IMG/VR virus record: IMGVR_UViG_3300048502_000073 | DNA: 20,000 bases | Direction: 5' to 3' (one strand) | From: an uncultured virus (IMG/VR IMGVR_UViG_3300048502_000073) | Lineage: Duplodnaviria; Heunggongvirae; Uroviricota; Caudoviricetes | Shown: positions 1 to 7,904 of the stretch, one piece after another | How the letters are laid out: the number at the start of each line of letters is the position of its first letter | Numbering within the stretch: position 1 is the first letter of the stretch | Program-made: the position numbers and the translations under genes | Notes under the pieces: generated by a model | Told to the model about the DNA's origin: nothing | Seen by the model: the letters and a program-made list of their open reading frames with translations, nothing else | Database searches by the model: none

Positions 1-675
1 AAGCTGGAGCGGGCAGACGTGCCGTTCATCCGAATGCTCACGTGCCTGCTGGACGTTGAGCGTATCGGTCTGGCGGATATCCATCCAGACAGGCGATGCC
101 CATTGCTGCCATTGCTCGACAGGGAACGTGTCGCGATCCTGCCCAACAGGCTCCACGTTCTCGCCTGGCGCACGGAACACAAGGACGTAGTCGGCCATGC
201 CTTGGCGCGAGCGGGTGCTGTCCTTCTGTAATTGCTTATAGAGCAATCCCAACGCCTTTGTCCGCGTCATCTCGACCACTGGGTCTTTCCACACGGTAAC
301 ACGGCTGTGGAGTATCCATCCTGCCGCCTCGTGAGCGCGGATCAGATCGCCGCTGAAATCCTTGATACCGATTACGCCATCCTTCCATTTAGTCAACGGG
401 AGGTCGGAACAATGGACGGCGGCGAGGCGCCCGGGCTTCATGACACGCGTAAGCTGTTCGAGCATGAAGCCGTAATGCCGGAAAAATTCGGCATCGTTGG
501 CGCTGTTGCCCATGTCGCTCTCGCTGTCCGAGTAGACGAACAGATTTGAGAATGGAGGGGAGTAGACGCTGAATCCGGCCGATCGATCCGGCAACTGGCG
601 CAAAACGTCCACGCAGTCGCCGTTATACAAGCTCCAGTCCTGACCGTGCGCATCATTCAAGCAGCGGATAACCAT
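1..675 (-). CDS. DNA methyltransferase, N4-cytosine/N6-adenine family (beta-class order), 3'-truncated by window edge
   Basis: Not in the ORF track because it runs off the end. Manual translation from ATG at 675 (GGAG upstream): MVIRCLNDAHGQDWSLYNGDCVDVLRQLPDRSAGFSVYSPPFSNLFVYSDSESDMGNS...RVMKPGRLAAVHC...TVWKDPVVEMTRTKALGLLYKQ...WASPVWMDI...ERHVCPLQL. GDC, SPPF catalytic motif IV and KPG are present; the open frame continues to base 1. Confidence 0.9.
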   Translation of the reverse strand, partial: MVIRCLNDAHGQDWSLYNGDCVDVLRQLPDRSAGFSVYSPPFSNLFVYSDSESDMGNSANDAEFFRHYGFMLEQLTRVMKPGRLAAVHCSDLPLTKWKDGVIGIKDFSGDLIRAHEAAGWILHSRVTVWKDPVVEMTRTKALGLLYKQLQKDSTRSRQGMADYVLVFRAPGENVEPVGQDRDTFPVEQWQQWASPVWMDIRQTDTLNVQQAREHSDERHVCPLQL

Positions 676-2024
676 GCCGGCAATCTCCCATCGTGCTGCG
701 GATCATAGGCAACCTTGATATTCGATGACTGGCCCATCGCCCGACGTGCGGCAGAACGCATCGAGCGCTTCATATGCTCGTGGCCATCGGCCTTGCGATC
801 GATCGCGCGGCCGATCTGATCCTCGCCCTCGGCAACGATGATGTGGACGTGGACAGGGCGTGTTTGCCCGAACCGCCAGCATCGGCGAACGCATTGATAC
901 CACATCTCGTAAGAGAACGATCGGCCGACGAATACCTGTCGCGCACAGTGCTGATAGTTTAGTCCTTGGCCGGCAATCTTGCCTTTGGTCACAAGAGGGC
1001 GCCCCGATGTGAGAAACGCCAAAAGCCCTTCCTCCTTGCGCTCAGGTGTCATCGATCCACGAACATCGATGGCATCCGGCAACCGGCTCAGGACGGCGTC
1101 AGCCTCATGGTCGGTATCTACCCAGATCAACCACGGTTCATTTTGTTCGGTCCCGATAAGCCGCGCAACTTCGTCGGCGCGCACATCAGATGTCTGCCGC
1201 TTGAGCTTAAACATCTCAGTCGCAGAGACGTTGAAACCAAACAAACCGTCGTCGGGTGTGATCTCAGCCGTTACCTTGTGCTTATGGATGGACATCGGCG
1301 GCAGGACGAACCTCGATCCGTCAAACCCAAGATCGTCCGGCGATGATGCCATGACGGCCCACGATGCGACCCAATCCCAAAAATGGTTTTGAGCGTGACC
1401 CTTGAGCCGCCAGGTGCCGGTATCACTCGTGTCGTTGATAAACCACCTCATAAGCATATCGGCCTGTGGCATGATCCCGAGAAACTCGGAGTGCGTGCCA
1501 AGTTCCATGTGGTCATTAGGCGCGGGGGTGGCGGTGGCGCACAGACGGAACGGTGTGTCGGCAAACATGGAAGTCAGAGCGCGCGTTGTCGATCCCGCGA
1601 AGTTTTTCAAGATCGAGCTTTCATCCAGCACGACACATCCAAACGCGGACGGATCAAGCTTATCAATCCGGTCATAATTACAGATATTGATGCACATACG
1701 CACATCAGACATCTCGCGGATGACGTGGCAATCGTAACCGAAACGATGACCCTCTGCTTCGATCTGACGTGCGACCGCAAGAGGTGTCAGTATCAGCGAT
1801 GGTGATCCGGTGAATGCCCTAGCTTGATCGGCAAACTCAAGCTCGCAGATGGTCTTGCCCAGACCTGTATCAAGAAACAGCGCCGATCGCCCCTGCCGCA
1901 GGCAAAACTCTGTCGCCGCGGACTGATAATCGAACATGTGGCCAGGCATAGGGCGGGGATCGATGCCAACAGGATCGGCCCGAGGCGCTTTCGCTGACAG
2001 AAAGGCCAGATATTCCGGGGTCAC
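657..2024 (-). CDS. SNF2-like superfamily 2 helicase/ATPase (phage type)
   Basis: Walker A LDTGLGKT, Walker B LDESS, motif III ATATPAPN, motif V AGQGLNYQ, motif VI QCVRRCWRFGQ. Start moved to GTG 2024 (GGAGG upstream, GTGA overlap with the upstream stop). Confidence 0.9.
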   Translation of the reverse strand: MTPEYLAFLSAKAPRADPVGIDPRPMPGHMFDYQSAATEFCLRQGRSALFLDTGLGKTICELEFADQARAFTGSPSLILTPLAVARQIEAEGHRFGYDCHVIREMSDVRMCINICNYDRIDKLDPSAFGCVVLDESSILKNFAGSTTRALTSMFADTPFRLCATATPAPNDHMELGTHSEFLGIMPQADMLMRWFINDTSDTGTWRLKGHAQNHFWDWVASWAVMASSPDDLGFDGSRFVLPPMSIHKHKVTAEITPDDGLFGFNVSATEMFKLKRQTSDVRADEVARLIGTEQNEPWLIWVDTDHEADAVLSRLPDAIDVRGSMTPERKEEGLLAFLTSGRPLVTKGKIAGQGLNYQHCARQVFVGRSFSYEMWYQCVRRCWRFGQTRPVHVHIIVAEGEDQIGRAIDRKADGHEHMKRSMRSAARRAMGQSSNIKVAYDPQHDGRLPAWLSAA

Positions 2025-2584
2025 GTCAAACCTCCCAAAACGATGTTCTCGAACTCCCGCTCGGCCATAAGCGCCTCTTTCTGCCGCTGCGCTCCGCGTT
2101 TCTGCTCCCGCCAACCCACATCCTTGGGCGCGACAGGCGAAACCTTCCCCTCCGCCTCCAGATCGGCCGCCAAATGGCGCTGGTGAAGCTCCCGGACGAT
2201 GTTTTTGGCGTTCCCGTGCAGCTTAAACCCCGAGTCAACCGCCCAATCATGCACTTGCGGGATCGTCCAGGCACATCCGGCCGGTATTTTCCGCTCTTCC
2301 AGCAGCCGAATCGTCACTTCCTGGCCCGCAGACGGCTTGTTGTTCCCTACTTTTAGCTCCAATTGCCCAAAAATGCCCGTTTCACGCTGGTAAACATACC
2401 AATCCAGATGCGCCGGCTTGATCCCGCGCGCCTTGCGCAGCGTTTCGGCTCGCATCCTGGCCTCGTCGGTGGCGCCTTTCATGTAAACGCCGGTCTCCAC
2501 CGCCGTAAACCAGCAATCGCCCACCAAAACGCGCTCGAAATAGGCGTTCACGTAGTGCGAAAAGCGGTGCTCACGGTGGTTCAC
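2021..2584 (-). CDS. VRR-NUC-like PD-(D/E)xK nuclease
   Basis: N-terminal REH, GIKPAHLD, ELKVGNNKPSAGQ pattern typical of phage VRR-NUC proteins, next to a helicase. GTG 2584 has GGAG upstream and overlaps the stop of the upstream gene. Confidence 0.7.
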   Translation of the reverse strand: MNHREHRFSHYVNAYFERVLVGDCWFTAVETGVYMKGATDEARMRAETLRKARGIKPAHLDWYVYQRETGIFGQLELKVGNNKPSAGQEVTIRLLEERKIPAGCAWTIPQVHDWAVDSGFKLHGNAKNIVRELHQRHLAADLEAEGKVSPVAPKDVGWREQKRGAQRQKEALMAEREFENIVLGGLT

Positions 2585-2865
2585 TCGTATCTCCAATTGC
2601 TACCAATGCAGACTTGCTTCCGCTCGGCCGCCCGGGCGACGTGTATCTCATGCATCTCGAGCCGCGTCGCCTTCCCGTAGTGGGCGATGTCGAGCTGGTC
2701 GATGTAGGTCTCCCATTTCTCGTCCCCGTATGGCCTGATATCAGACCAGAACCGGCCACACGGGGTATTGTCAGTCTTTGGCCGCACACACCGGCCCAGG
2801 ACGAAGTCATGACCGGCTATCCTGACAGGCGGGATATCCTTCGCGGTTGGACCCCGAGCCGGCAC
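2581..2865 (-). CDS. hypothetical protein (94 aa)
   Basis: Fills the gap in a tightly coupled minus-strand gene run; stop overlaps the next start. Confidence 0.65.
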   Translation of the reverse strand: MPARGPTAKDIPPVRIAGHDFVLGRCVRPKTDNTPCGRFWSDIRPYGDEKWETYIDQLDIAHYGKATRLEMHEIHVARAAERKQVCIGSNWRYE

Positions 2866-2871
2866 AGCGCG

Positions 2872-3546
2872 TCAGTGAACGGCGGGCAGCGTCGTTACGG
2901 GCGCCACAACCACGGGCACCGCAGCCGCATTCGCCGGCGGCGTGGTCGGGATCGCCTGGAACAGAGCACACGCGGCAGCAACCGCGGTCGACGCAGCACC
3001 CGTCACCGCGACCGGCGCGCCCGCCAGGTTGGCCAGCACAAACACAGCCGGCAGCGCCGACCCGGCCGGCGACTGGCAGAACAGCGCACCTTGCGCGACG
3101 AACTTGTCCGCGGTCGTGTTGGTCTGCGCCGCCAACGCGCCCAACGTCAGCACCGCCTGCGCACCAGCCGTCACCTGCGCCGGGGTCGGCGTCGAGCTGC
3201 ACCCCGATAGCGTCCCGCCGACCGCAGCGGCAAGAAGGACAGCCAGCGTCGTGAACTTGTGCGGGAAGCCACCCGACAGCGGCCCGCCCCGGTCCTTCGG
3301 CTGGAGGCTCCGCGGATAAGCTAGGACCGGCTCATCCAGGCTCGGATGGTGCTCCGTCACCTTGACCTTGATGCGGAACTCAGCCGGCAAGGCCGCGCCA
3401 TCCGGCAGGTCCTCGTGGTCGAGATTCACCAGGAAGTCGGCCCTCGATTGCCGATCCCGCAGCATACGCGAAACCACGTCCATCGCGCCCTCCGGCGTCC
3501 GGCGTCCGCCACGCGTCAAGCCCATCAGCCAACTGACAATGCCCAT
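2872..3546 (-). CDS. hypothetical protein with internal hydrophobic segment and lipobox (LSGC, Cys116); lipoprotein-like C-terminal half
   Basis: ATG 3546 with GGAGG upstream. KFTTLAVLLAAAVGGTLSG-C at residues ~97-116, then an Ala/Thr/Pro-rich domain with two more Cys. Confidence 0.7.
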   Translation of the reverse strand: MGIVSWLMGLTRGGRRTPEGAMDVVSRMLRDRQSRADFLVNLDHEDLPDGAALPAEFRIKVKVTEHHPSLDEPVLAYPRSLQPKDRGGPLSGGFPHKFTTLAVLLAAAVGGTLSGCSSTPTPAQVTAGAQAVLTLGALAAQTNTTADKFVAQGALFCQSPAGSALPAVFVLANLAGAPVAVTGAASTAVAAACALFQAIPTTPPANAAAVPVVVAPVTTLPAVH

Positions 3547-3581
3547 TTTCAAGCCTCCAAAAGAACGCCCACCACATCGGT

Positions 3582-3857
<276 letters not shown>

Positions 3858-3871
<14 letters not shown>

Positions 3872-4145
3872 ATGCGGCAAATGTCGCCTCCGCTTTCTCA
3901 CTCAGAAGCAAATACTCAATCGCATTCGTCAAAACGACCTCAGTCGTTCGATTGAGCCTGCTCCCCTTGCCAACACCATTATCCGCGACAGACGAAAGAG
4001 ACAGAGCCCCACCATCCCACTTCCACAAACGATAACCGTCTACCAAATGAGCATCCATACCGTCCGCCGATACCAACGTCCCGATATGAACGCCAGCCGA
4101 ATACGTCCGAACGATCACTCGCTTACCAATCAGTGGATTATTCAT
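3858..4145 (-). CDS. DUF6948-like phage protein
   Basis: MNNPLIGKRVIVRTYSAGVHIGTL...RLWKWDGGALSLSSVADNGV matches the family signature as I recall it. ATG 4145 with GGAGG. Confidence 0.75.
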
Positions 4146-4147
4146 TT

Positions 4148-4204
4148 TCAAACCTCCGACCAAATGCACAAAAGCACGACGCAGAAAAGAAACAGCCAGC
4201 CCAT
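4148..4204 (-). CDS. putative 18-aa hydrophobic peptide
   Basis: MGWLFLFCVVLLCIWSEV; TGATG coupling with the upstream ORF; ends just before the DUF6948-like start. Confidence 0.35.
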   Translation of the reverse strand: MGWLFLFCVVLLCIWSEV

Positions 4205-4293
4205 CAAAACAGACCAACTAACGAAGCGATCAGTGCCATTAGTATGACCGCCCCACTAGCAATCAGTATCGAGGCAACGATGATTACAAACAC
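4204..4293 (-). CDS. putative small single-pass membrane peptide (~29 aa)
   Basis: VFVIIVASILIASGAVILMALIASLVGLF is entirely hydrophobic; start codon uncertain (GTG 4293). Confidence 0.4.
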   Translation of the reverse strand: MFVIIVASILIASGAVILMALIASLVGLF

Positions 4294-4312
4294 GCCTCGA
4301 TCGACGTTGGCC

Positions 4313-4648
4313 TTACAGACATATTTTCCGCTCCGACATCGCGATTGCATCATCCCACGCTGCCATGAGGTCGCCATGCGTCGTCTCGTCCGCATCGTTC
4401 ATGTGGATGATCCCGTGAAACCCCCGCATCCGCGCCGCCGCGTCGAGGTGGTGCCGCGCCATCGCCATGTCGGCTTTATACAGATCAGCCTCGACGAGCG
4501 CCGTCACCAAAGCCCCCATCGAGCAATGGCGCACCGACGAAGCCCCGGCATGCATCGATCCCTTGACCCACAGGGGAGCCGGTATCAACGACCTGGCGTG
4601 CCGCAGCAACGCCGTCACCTCGGTCGAAACCCAGCCGTCTAACGGCAT
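4313..4648 (-). CDS. DUF6197-like phage protein
   Basis: Pattern W.KG...HCSMGAL...I.HMNDADETTHGDLMAAWDDAI resembles the WxxG/CxxGA/ND..T..V...D.AI family. ATG 4648 with GGAG. Confidence 0.6.
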   Translation of the reverse strand: MPLDGWVSTEVTALLRHARSLIPAPLWVKGSMHAGASSVRHCSMGALVTALVEADLYKADMAMARHHLDAAARMRGFHGIIHMNDADETTHGDLMAAWDDAIAMSERKICL

Positions 4649-4818
4649 GACTGCTTCTCCCGATCCCGCCTCACCTCGCGCAGCGGCCAAGCCTCCGTCA
4701 CCGTGTGCCGGCCGTCCAGAGCGTAATTGATCTCCGTCTCCCGGTCGTTCAGCACAGGACGATCCACCCCGCCCGACACCAGATAACCCTTCCGCAAGCC
4801 CTTCAGTTCGTCGCTCAT
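4639..4818 (-). CDS. hypothetical protein (59 aa)
   Basis: MSDELKGLRKGY...; GGAGG upstream of ATG 4818. Confidence 0.55.
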   Translation of the reverse strand: MSDELKGLRKGYLVSGGVDRPVLNDRETEINYALDGRHTVTEAWPLREVRRDREKQSCR

Positions 4819-4819
4819 T

Positions 4820-4981
4820 CTACCCTCCCACCTTCGCCTCGCGCGCCATCGCGCGGAGCTCATCAAATATCTCGACGTGCATATCAATCGACTCGCAGCG
4901 GCCAACCACGTGCCACCGCTCAACCCGGCACACAGGGCACACCCAACGCTTCGGCGTCTTGTCCGGGCCGGTGACCTCCAT
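4820..4981 (-). CDS. hypothetical protein with CxxC motif (53 aa)
   Basis: MEVTGPDKTPKRWVCPVCRVERWHVVGRC...; TGATG coupling to the upstream gene. Confidence 0.55.
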   Translation of the reverse strand: MEVTGPDKTPKRWVCPVCRVERWHVVGRCESIDMHVEIFDELRAMAREAKVGG

Positions 4982-5166
4982 CAGACAGATGCCCCGCCAT
5001 CGTCCCGGGCAAAATACGGCGTGTTCTCTTCCAGCGCCCGCTTCTGCCATGCCTCCAGGCGCCATATCTCCCGGATCGCCTCGTGCACCAGCGGGTGCAA
5101 CTGCGGGTCACAATACCGCTCCCGCAGCGCACGAACCAACTCAGACACCATCGCTATTTCCGTCAC
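4981..5166 (-). CDS. hypothetical protein (61 aa)
   Basis: GTG 5166 with GGAGG; ELVRALRERY...LVHEAIREIWRL helical pattern common in small phage proteins. Confidence 0.6.
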   Translation of the reverse strand: MTEIAMVSELVRALRERYCDPQLHPLVHEAIREIWRLEAWQKRALEENTPYFARDDGGASV

Positions 5167-5428
5167 GGCACAATCCTCCCGAACTTCCCGCCCGGCAGGC
5201 GATATACCATCCCACCATCCCACACCGCAGCCTCTACCAAATTCGTGGCAATCACCTCTATCTTCGGAATGCCATAACCCTTCGGCTGCCCATACAAACA
5301 ACCGTCCGGCTGCTCCCAAGCCTCCAAACGACCATTCGGGACATCCAAATGCGGCACACGCAGCCAACCAAAACGCCACGCATACGACCAACTATTACCA
5401 CTCTTCAGACGCTCGCCGTCGTCTATCA
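5163..5428 (-). CDS. hypothetical protein (start approximate)
   Basis: Trp-rich C-terminal part of ORF 5163..5627; GTGA coupling to the next gene; start codon not resolved. Confidence 0.45.
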
Positions 5429-5557
5429 ACTGTTGCGTGCTAGAGCGTTGGTCCAGCGCGGTCCCATCGCCTCGCAGATTCACCCATGGCCTGGCGCCCC
5501 GCTGCCGGCCCCCGCCCCGAACGGCTCGACCCGAAAAACTCGGCCTCCAAGGCCGTT

Positions 5558-5595
5558 TGCGCCATTGGATTTCAATGGCGCATTTCAATGGCGCA
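5558..5595. repeat. 10-bp-stem inverted repeat overlapping a 13-bp tandem duplication
   Basis: TGCGCCATTG-gattt-CAATGGCGCA (5558-5582); ATTTCAATGGCGC x2 (5569-5594). Confidence 0.85.
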
Positions 5596-5711
5596 CTGCC
5601 GCATTCGAGCTCGGGAGGACCCGGCAAAATGGGAACAGAGCGTTAGTGGCACTCACAAGATTTGTTCGTAACGATATGCCGTTGATATCACTGATAGAAT
5701 CGTCAGGAGGT

Positions 5712-5739
5712 CGACCGTATAATGGCTATTATGTTAAGT
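5712..5739 (+). other. dif: XerC/XerD dif-like site-specific recombination site
   Basis: CGACCGTATAA-TGGCTA-TTATGTTAAGT in 11-6-11 layout. The XerD arm differs by 1 nt from E. coli TTATGTTAAAT; the XerC arm keeps the CG(T/C)ATAA inner core. Confidence 0.85.
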
Positions 5740-5959
5740 CGAGCGCTAGTGCCTTATTTGGTTCGCGTGGCGTTCTGGCTCCTGGCGCCAAGCGCTGCCG
5801 CCGAACATGCGTCGACCGGGCGCCGAGTGCGGGGTAGATCGGGGTAGATGGACGGCGATGCCGCCTGCCAGCCCTAAGGACGGATATACAATGGATGTAC
5901 GAGAACGTGGCGCAATCCGCGTAGGCACTGCTCTGTATGGTCGGGGGGTGGCGTTAAAC

Positions 5960-5975
5960 TGTAGTGGCCACTACA
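5960..5975. promoter_or_regulatory. perfect 16-bp palindrome, putative protein-binding site
   Basis: TGTAGTGGCCACTACA equals its own reverse complement. Confidence 0.5.
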
Positions 5976-6115
5976 CAATCGCGTCACGTGCGTTCCACTG
6001 GCTATGTCCTTGGACGGGCAGGACATTTCCAGGTTTCCAGCGCCACATACTGTCACTTCTCCCTCGACCGTATAAATGGAGCGCGGTGCAGCATTGGCGT
6101 CGGGATCGTCGCCGT

Positions 6116-6280
6116 ATGCCTTCCTCGTCGGCTCGCGCGTTAGCTGCTGCGATTGAGGTTCGGGTTATTGAGGGTCAGGCGTTGATTCTGGAGCTGCGTG
6201 AGTATGCGGCCGCCGAGGATGCGCGCGTGAAGCCGTTGCAGGGTTTCTTCAGGGTTGAGAAAGAGCCCTTTCGCCGGTGA
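6116..6280 (+). CDS. putative hypothetical protein (54 aa)
   Basis: MPSSSARALAAAIEVRVIEGQALILELREYAAAEDARVKPLQGFFRVEKEPFRR; protein-like composition, TATAAA about 40 nt upstream, no clear RBS. Confidence 0.35.
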   Translation: MPSSSARALAAAIEVRVIEGQALILELREYAAAEDARVKPLQGFFRVEKEPFRR

Positions 6281-6318
6281 TGACGGATGCCATTTGGGGC
6301 GTCCCTGGGTGGCATCGG

Positions 6319-6519
6319 ATGACGACCTCTATGACGACCATGACGACTATGACGACCTTTTCCGTACTTAGCTATTGTAACTAGGATTCGTGTTCATGTG
6401 TCTTTTTGAAAAAGGTTGTCATAGGTCGTCATAGGGGCAAAAAGTCGGCCTGTATGGCCGATCACAGGCATGACGACGGGTCGTCATAAGGTCGTCATTT
6501 TTTGGCAAAAGGTCGTCAT
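6319..6519. repeat. iteron array (ATGACGACC), putative replication origin
   Basis: Forward copies at 6319, 6331, 6340, 6349, 6470; inverted copies at 6414, 6424, 6479, 6490, 6511. The first two clusters face each other across an AT-rich spacer (6358-6413). Adjoins the helicase gene 3' end. Confidence 0.85.
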
Positions 6520-6530
6520 TGGGAGGGGTT

Positions 6531-7904
6531 TTAGGTTGGTTTTGCATACCATCTGCGCTGTGTGTTGCGCATAAGTTTCCAGCCTAAGTGTTTGAGAATG
6601 TTAGAAACACGCATCTGCAACGATCGTGTTTGTTGTGGTATGGGGATACTCAAATGGTCAAAAATGTCGCCGACGGTGACGACCTGCAGGGCATTTTGGG
6701 CTAAAAACATGACGACCTTTGGTTGCCAGGCGTCTTGATCGAAGCGTGCTGCCTGTTCGGGTGCGATGATGGTTCGTTCGAGCTCGGGATGGGGCCACCA
6801 CGGCTCATCGCGCATGAAGAGGTGCATGGCTTCGGCGAAGAGTTGATCGCGGTCGGCGGTTAGTGCGGGGAGGTCGATGGTGCCGCATTTGACGGGCCAG
6901 AAGCGTCTCGCGCCTGTTGCGTCGCGGAGGTAGTGTTCATCGTTGGTGCTGCCGATGAATAGGCACTGGCGTGGTTCGTGGACCTCGTATCGTCCGTATT
7001 TCGGGGTGTAGATTTCCTCGCATTGGCTGATGAATTTCTTGATATCCTCGACTTCCGCGGCGCCGAATGACGACATTTCGCCGATTTCGACGAGCCATTT
7101 CCCGCGGAGGTGCATTGACACGCGGACTGGGTCGCCGCGCTTGATGTCGGGCAGATTGTCGCTGAACCACAGTCCGCCCGCGAGCGCGCGGCATGCGCTC
7201 GACTTTCTGGCGCCTTGCGGTCCCTCGAGCACGATCATATGGTCGGCTTTGCAGCCTGGCCGCATGATGCGGGCGACCATGGCGATGAGGAAGCGCTTGC
7301 CGATCTCGGCATAGTAGAGGACCTTCTTGGCGAGGTCGTCATTGTCTGGCACATCGGCGCCGAGGTAGTTCACCAGCCATGTGTCGATCCGGTCGTTATG
7401 GTCCCACCTCAATTTCTCGAGGTAGTCACGCACCGGATGAAATTTATGCTCCACGGCTTGCATCATCATGGCGTCTGCAACAGTGCCACTGACGACTCGC
7501 CGGAAGCCAATATCCTGGAGGATATGCTGCACGACCGTTACGTCATTGTCGGCGAGCGGCCTCGGCAGGTCGCCGCGCGATCCGTCTGGTTCCCTGACGA
7601 GAAATGGAAGGCGCATCATCTCGTCATATTTGACGATCGGGAACATCCAGTGATTATCGAGCGCGAGTTTGGCATTGTAGAGATTGGGGATCGGGGTCGC
7701 GCTATTTGAAAGCTGTATCTTCTTGCGCCATTCTGCCCGCGCGTTGCCGGTGTCGCCGGGAAACGGTGAAGGTGATGCCTTAGCCGGGCGTCGCGGCTTC
7801 GGTGCCGGTTTCGGCGGCGGATTGGGCGATGATGCCGCGCGCGGCGGCGGCGCTACATACGGTTCGTTGTCGTCATCGTCGTCCAGCGGGTTGAGTGGGG
7901 TCAT
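6531..7904 (-). CDS. VapE-like (virulence-associated protein E family) P-loop replicative helicase
   Basis: HPVRDYL..LRWD...RID, VARIMRPGCKADHMIVLEGPQGARKSS (Walker A), WLVEIGEM (Walker B), FIGSTN, DATGARRFWPV, RDQLFAEA, C-terminal winged-helix-like segment. Confidence 0.92.
   Translation of the reverse strand: MTPLNPLDDDDDNEPYVAPPPRAASSPNPPPKPAPKPRRPAKASPSPFPGDTGNARAEWRKKIQLSNSATPIPNLYNAKLALDNHWMFPIVKYDEMMRLPFLVREPDGSRGDLPRPLADNDVTVVQHILQDIGFRRVVSGTVADAMMMQAVEHKFHPVRDYLEKLRWDHNDRIDTWLVNYLGADVPDNDDLAKKVLYYAEIGKRFLIAMVARIMRPGCKADHMIVLEGPQGARKSSACRALAGGLWFSDNLPDIKRGDPVRVSMHLRGKWLVEIGEMSSFGAAEVEDIKKFISQCEEIYTPKYGRYEVHEPRQCLFIGSTNDEHYLRDATGARRFWPVKCGTIDLPALTADRDQLFAEAMHLFMRDEPWWPHPELERTIIAPEQAARFDQDAWQPKVVMFLAQNALQVVTVGDIFDHLSIPIPQQTRSLQMRVSNILKHLGWKLMRNTQRRWYAKPT

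Noticed and set aside
2025..2114. N-terminal extension of the helicase in the ORF track
   Set aside because: Overlaps the nuclease gene; GTG 2024 has a GGAGG and a stop-start overlap.
5960..5975. parS or protelomerase target
   Set aside because: Only the outer TGT...ACA matches parS (TGTTTCACGTGAAACA); it is short for a telomere resolution site and no such enzyme is in the window.
4877..6115. Long plus-strand ORFs 4877..5443, 4959..5837 and the 5' part of 5807..6280
   Set aside because: Low-complexity Pro/Arg/His-rich translations that overlap better minus-strand genes or the dif and palindrome region.
6319..6519. CRISPR or mini-array interpretation of the repeats
   Set aside because: Units are 9 bp, occur in both orientations and lack regular unique spacers; they fit iterons.
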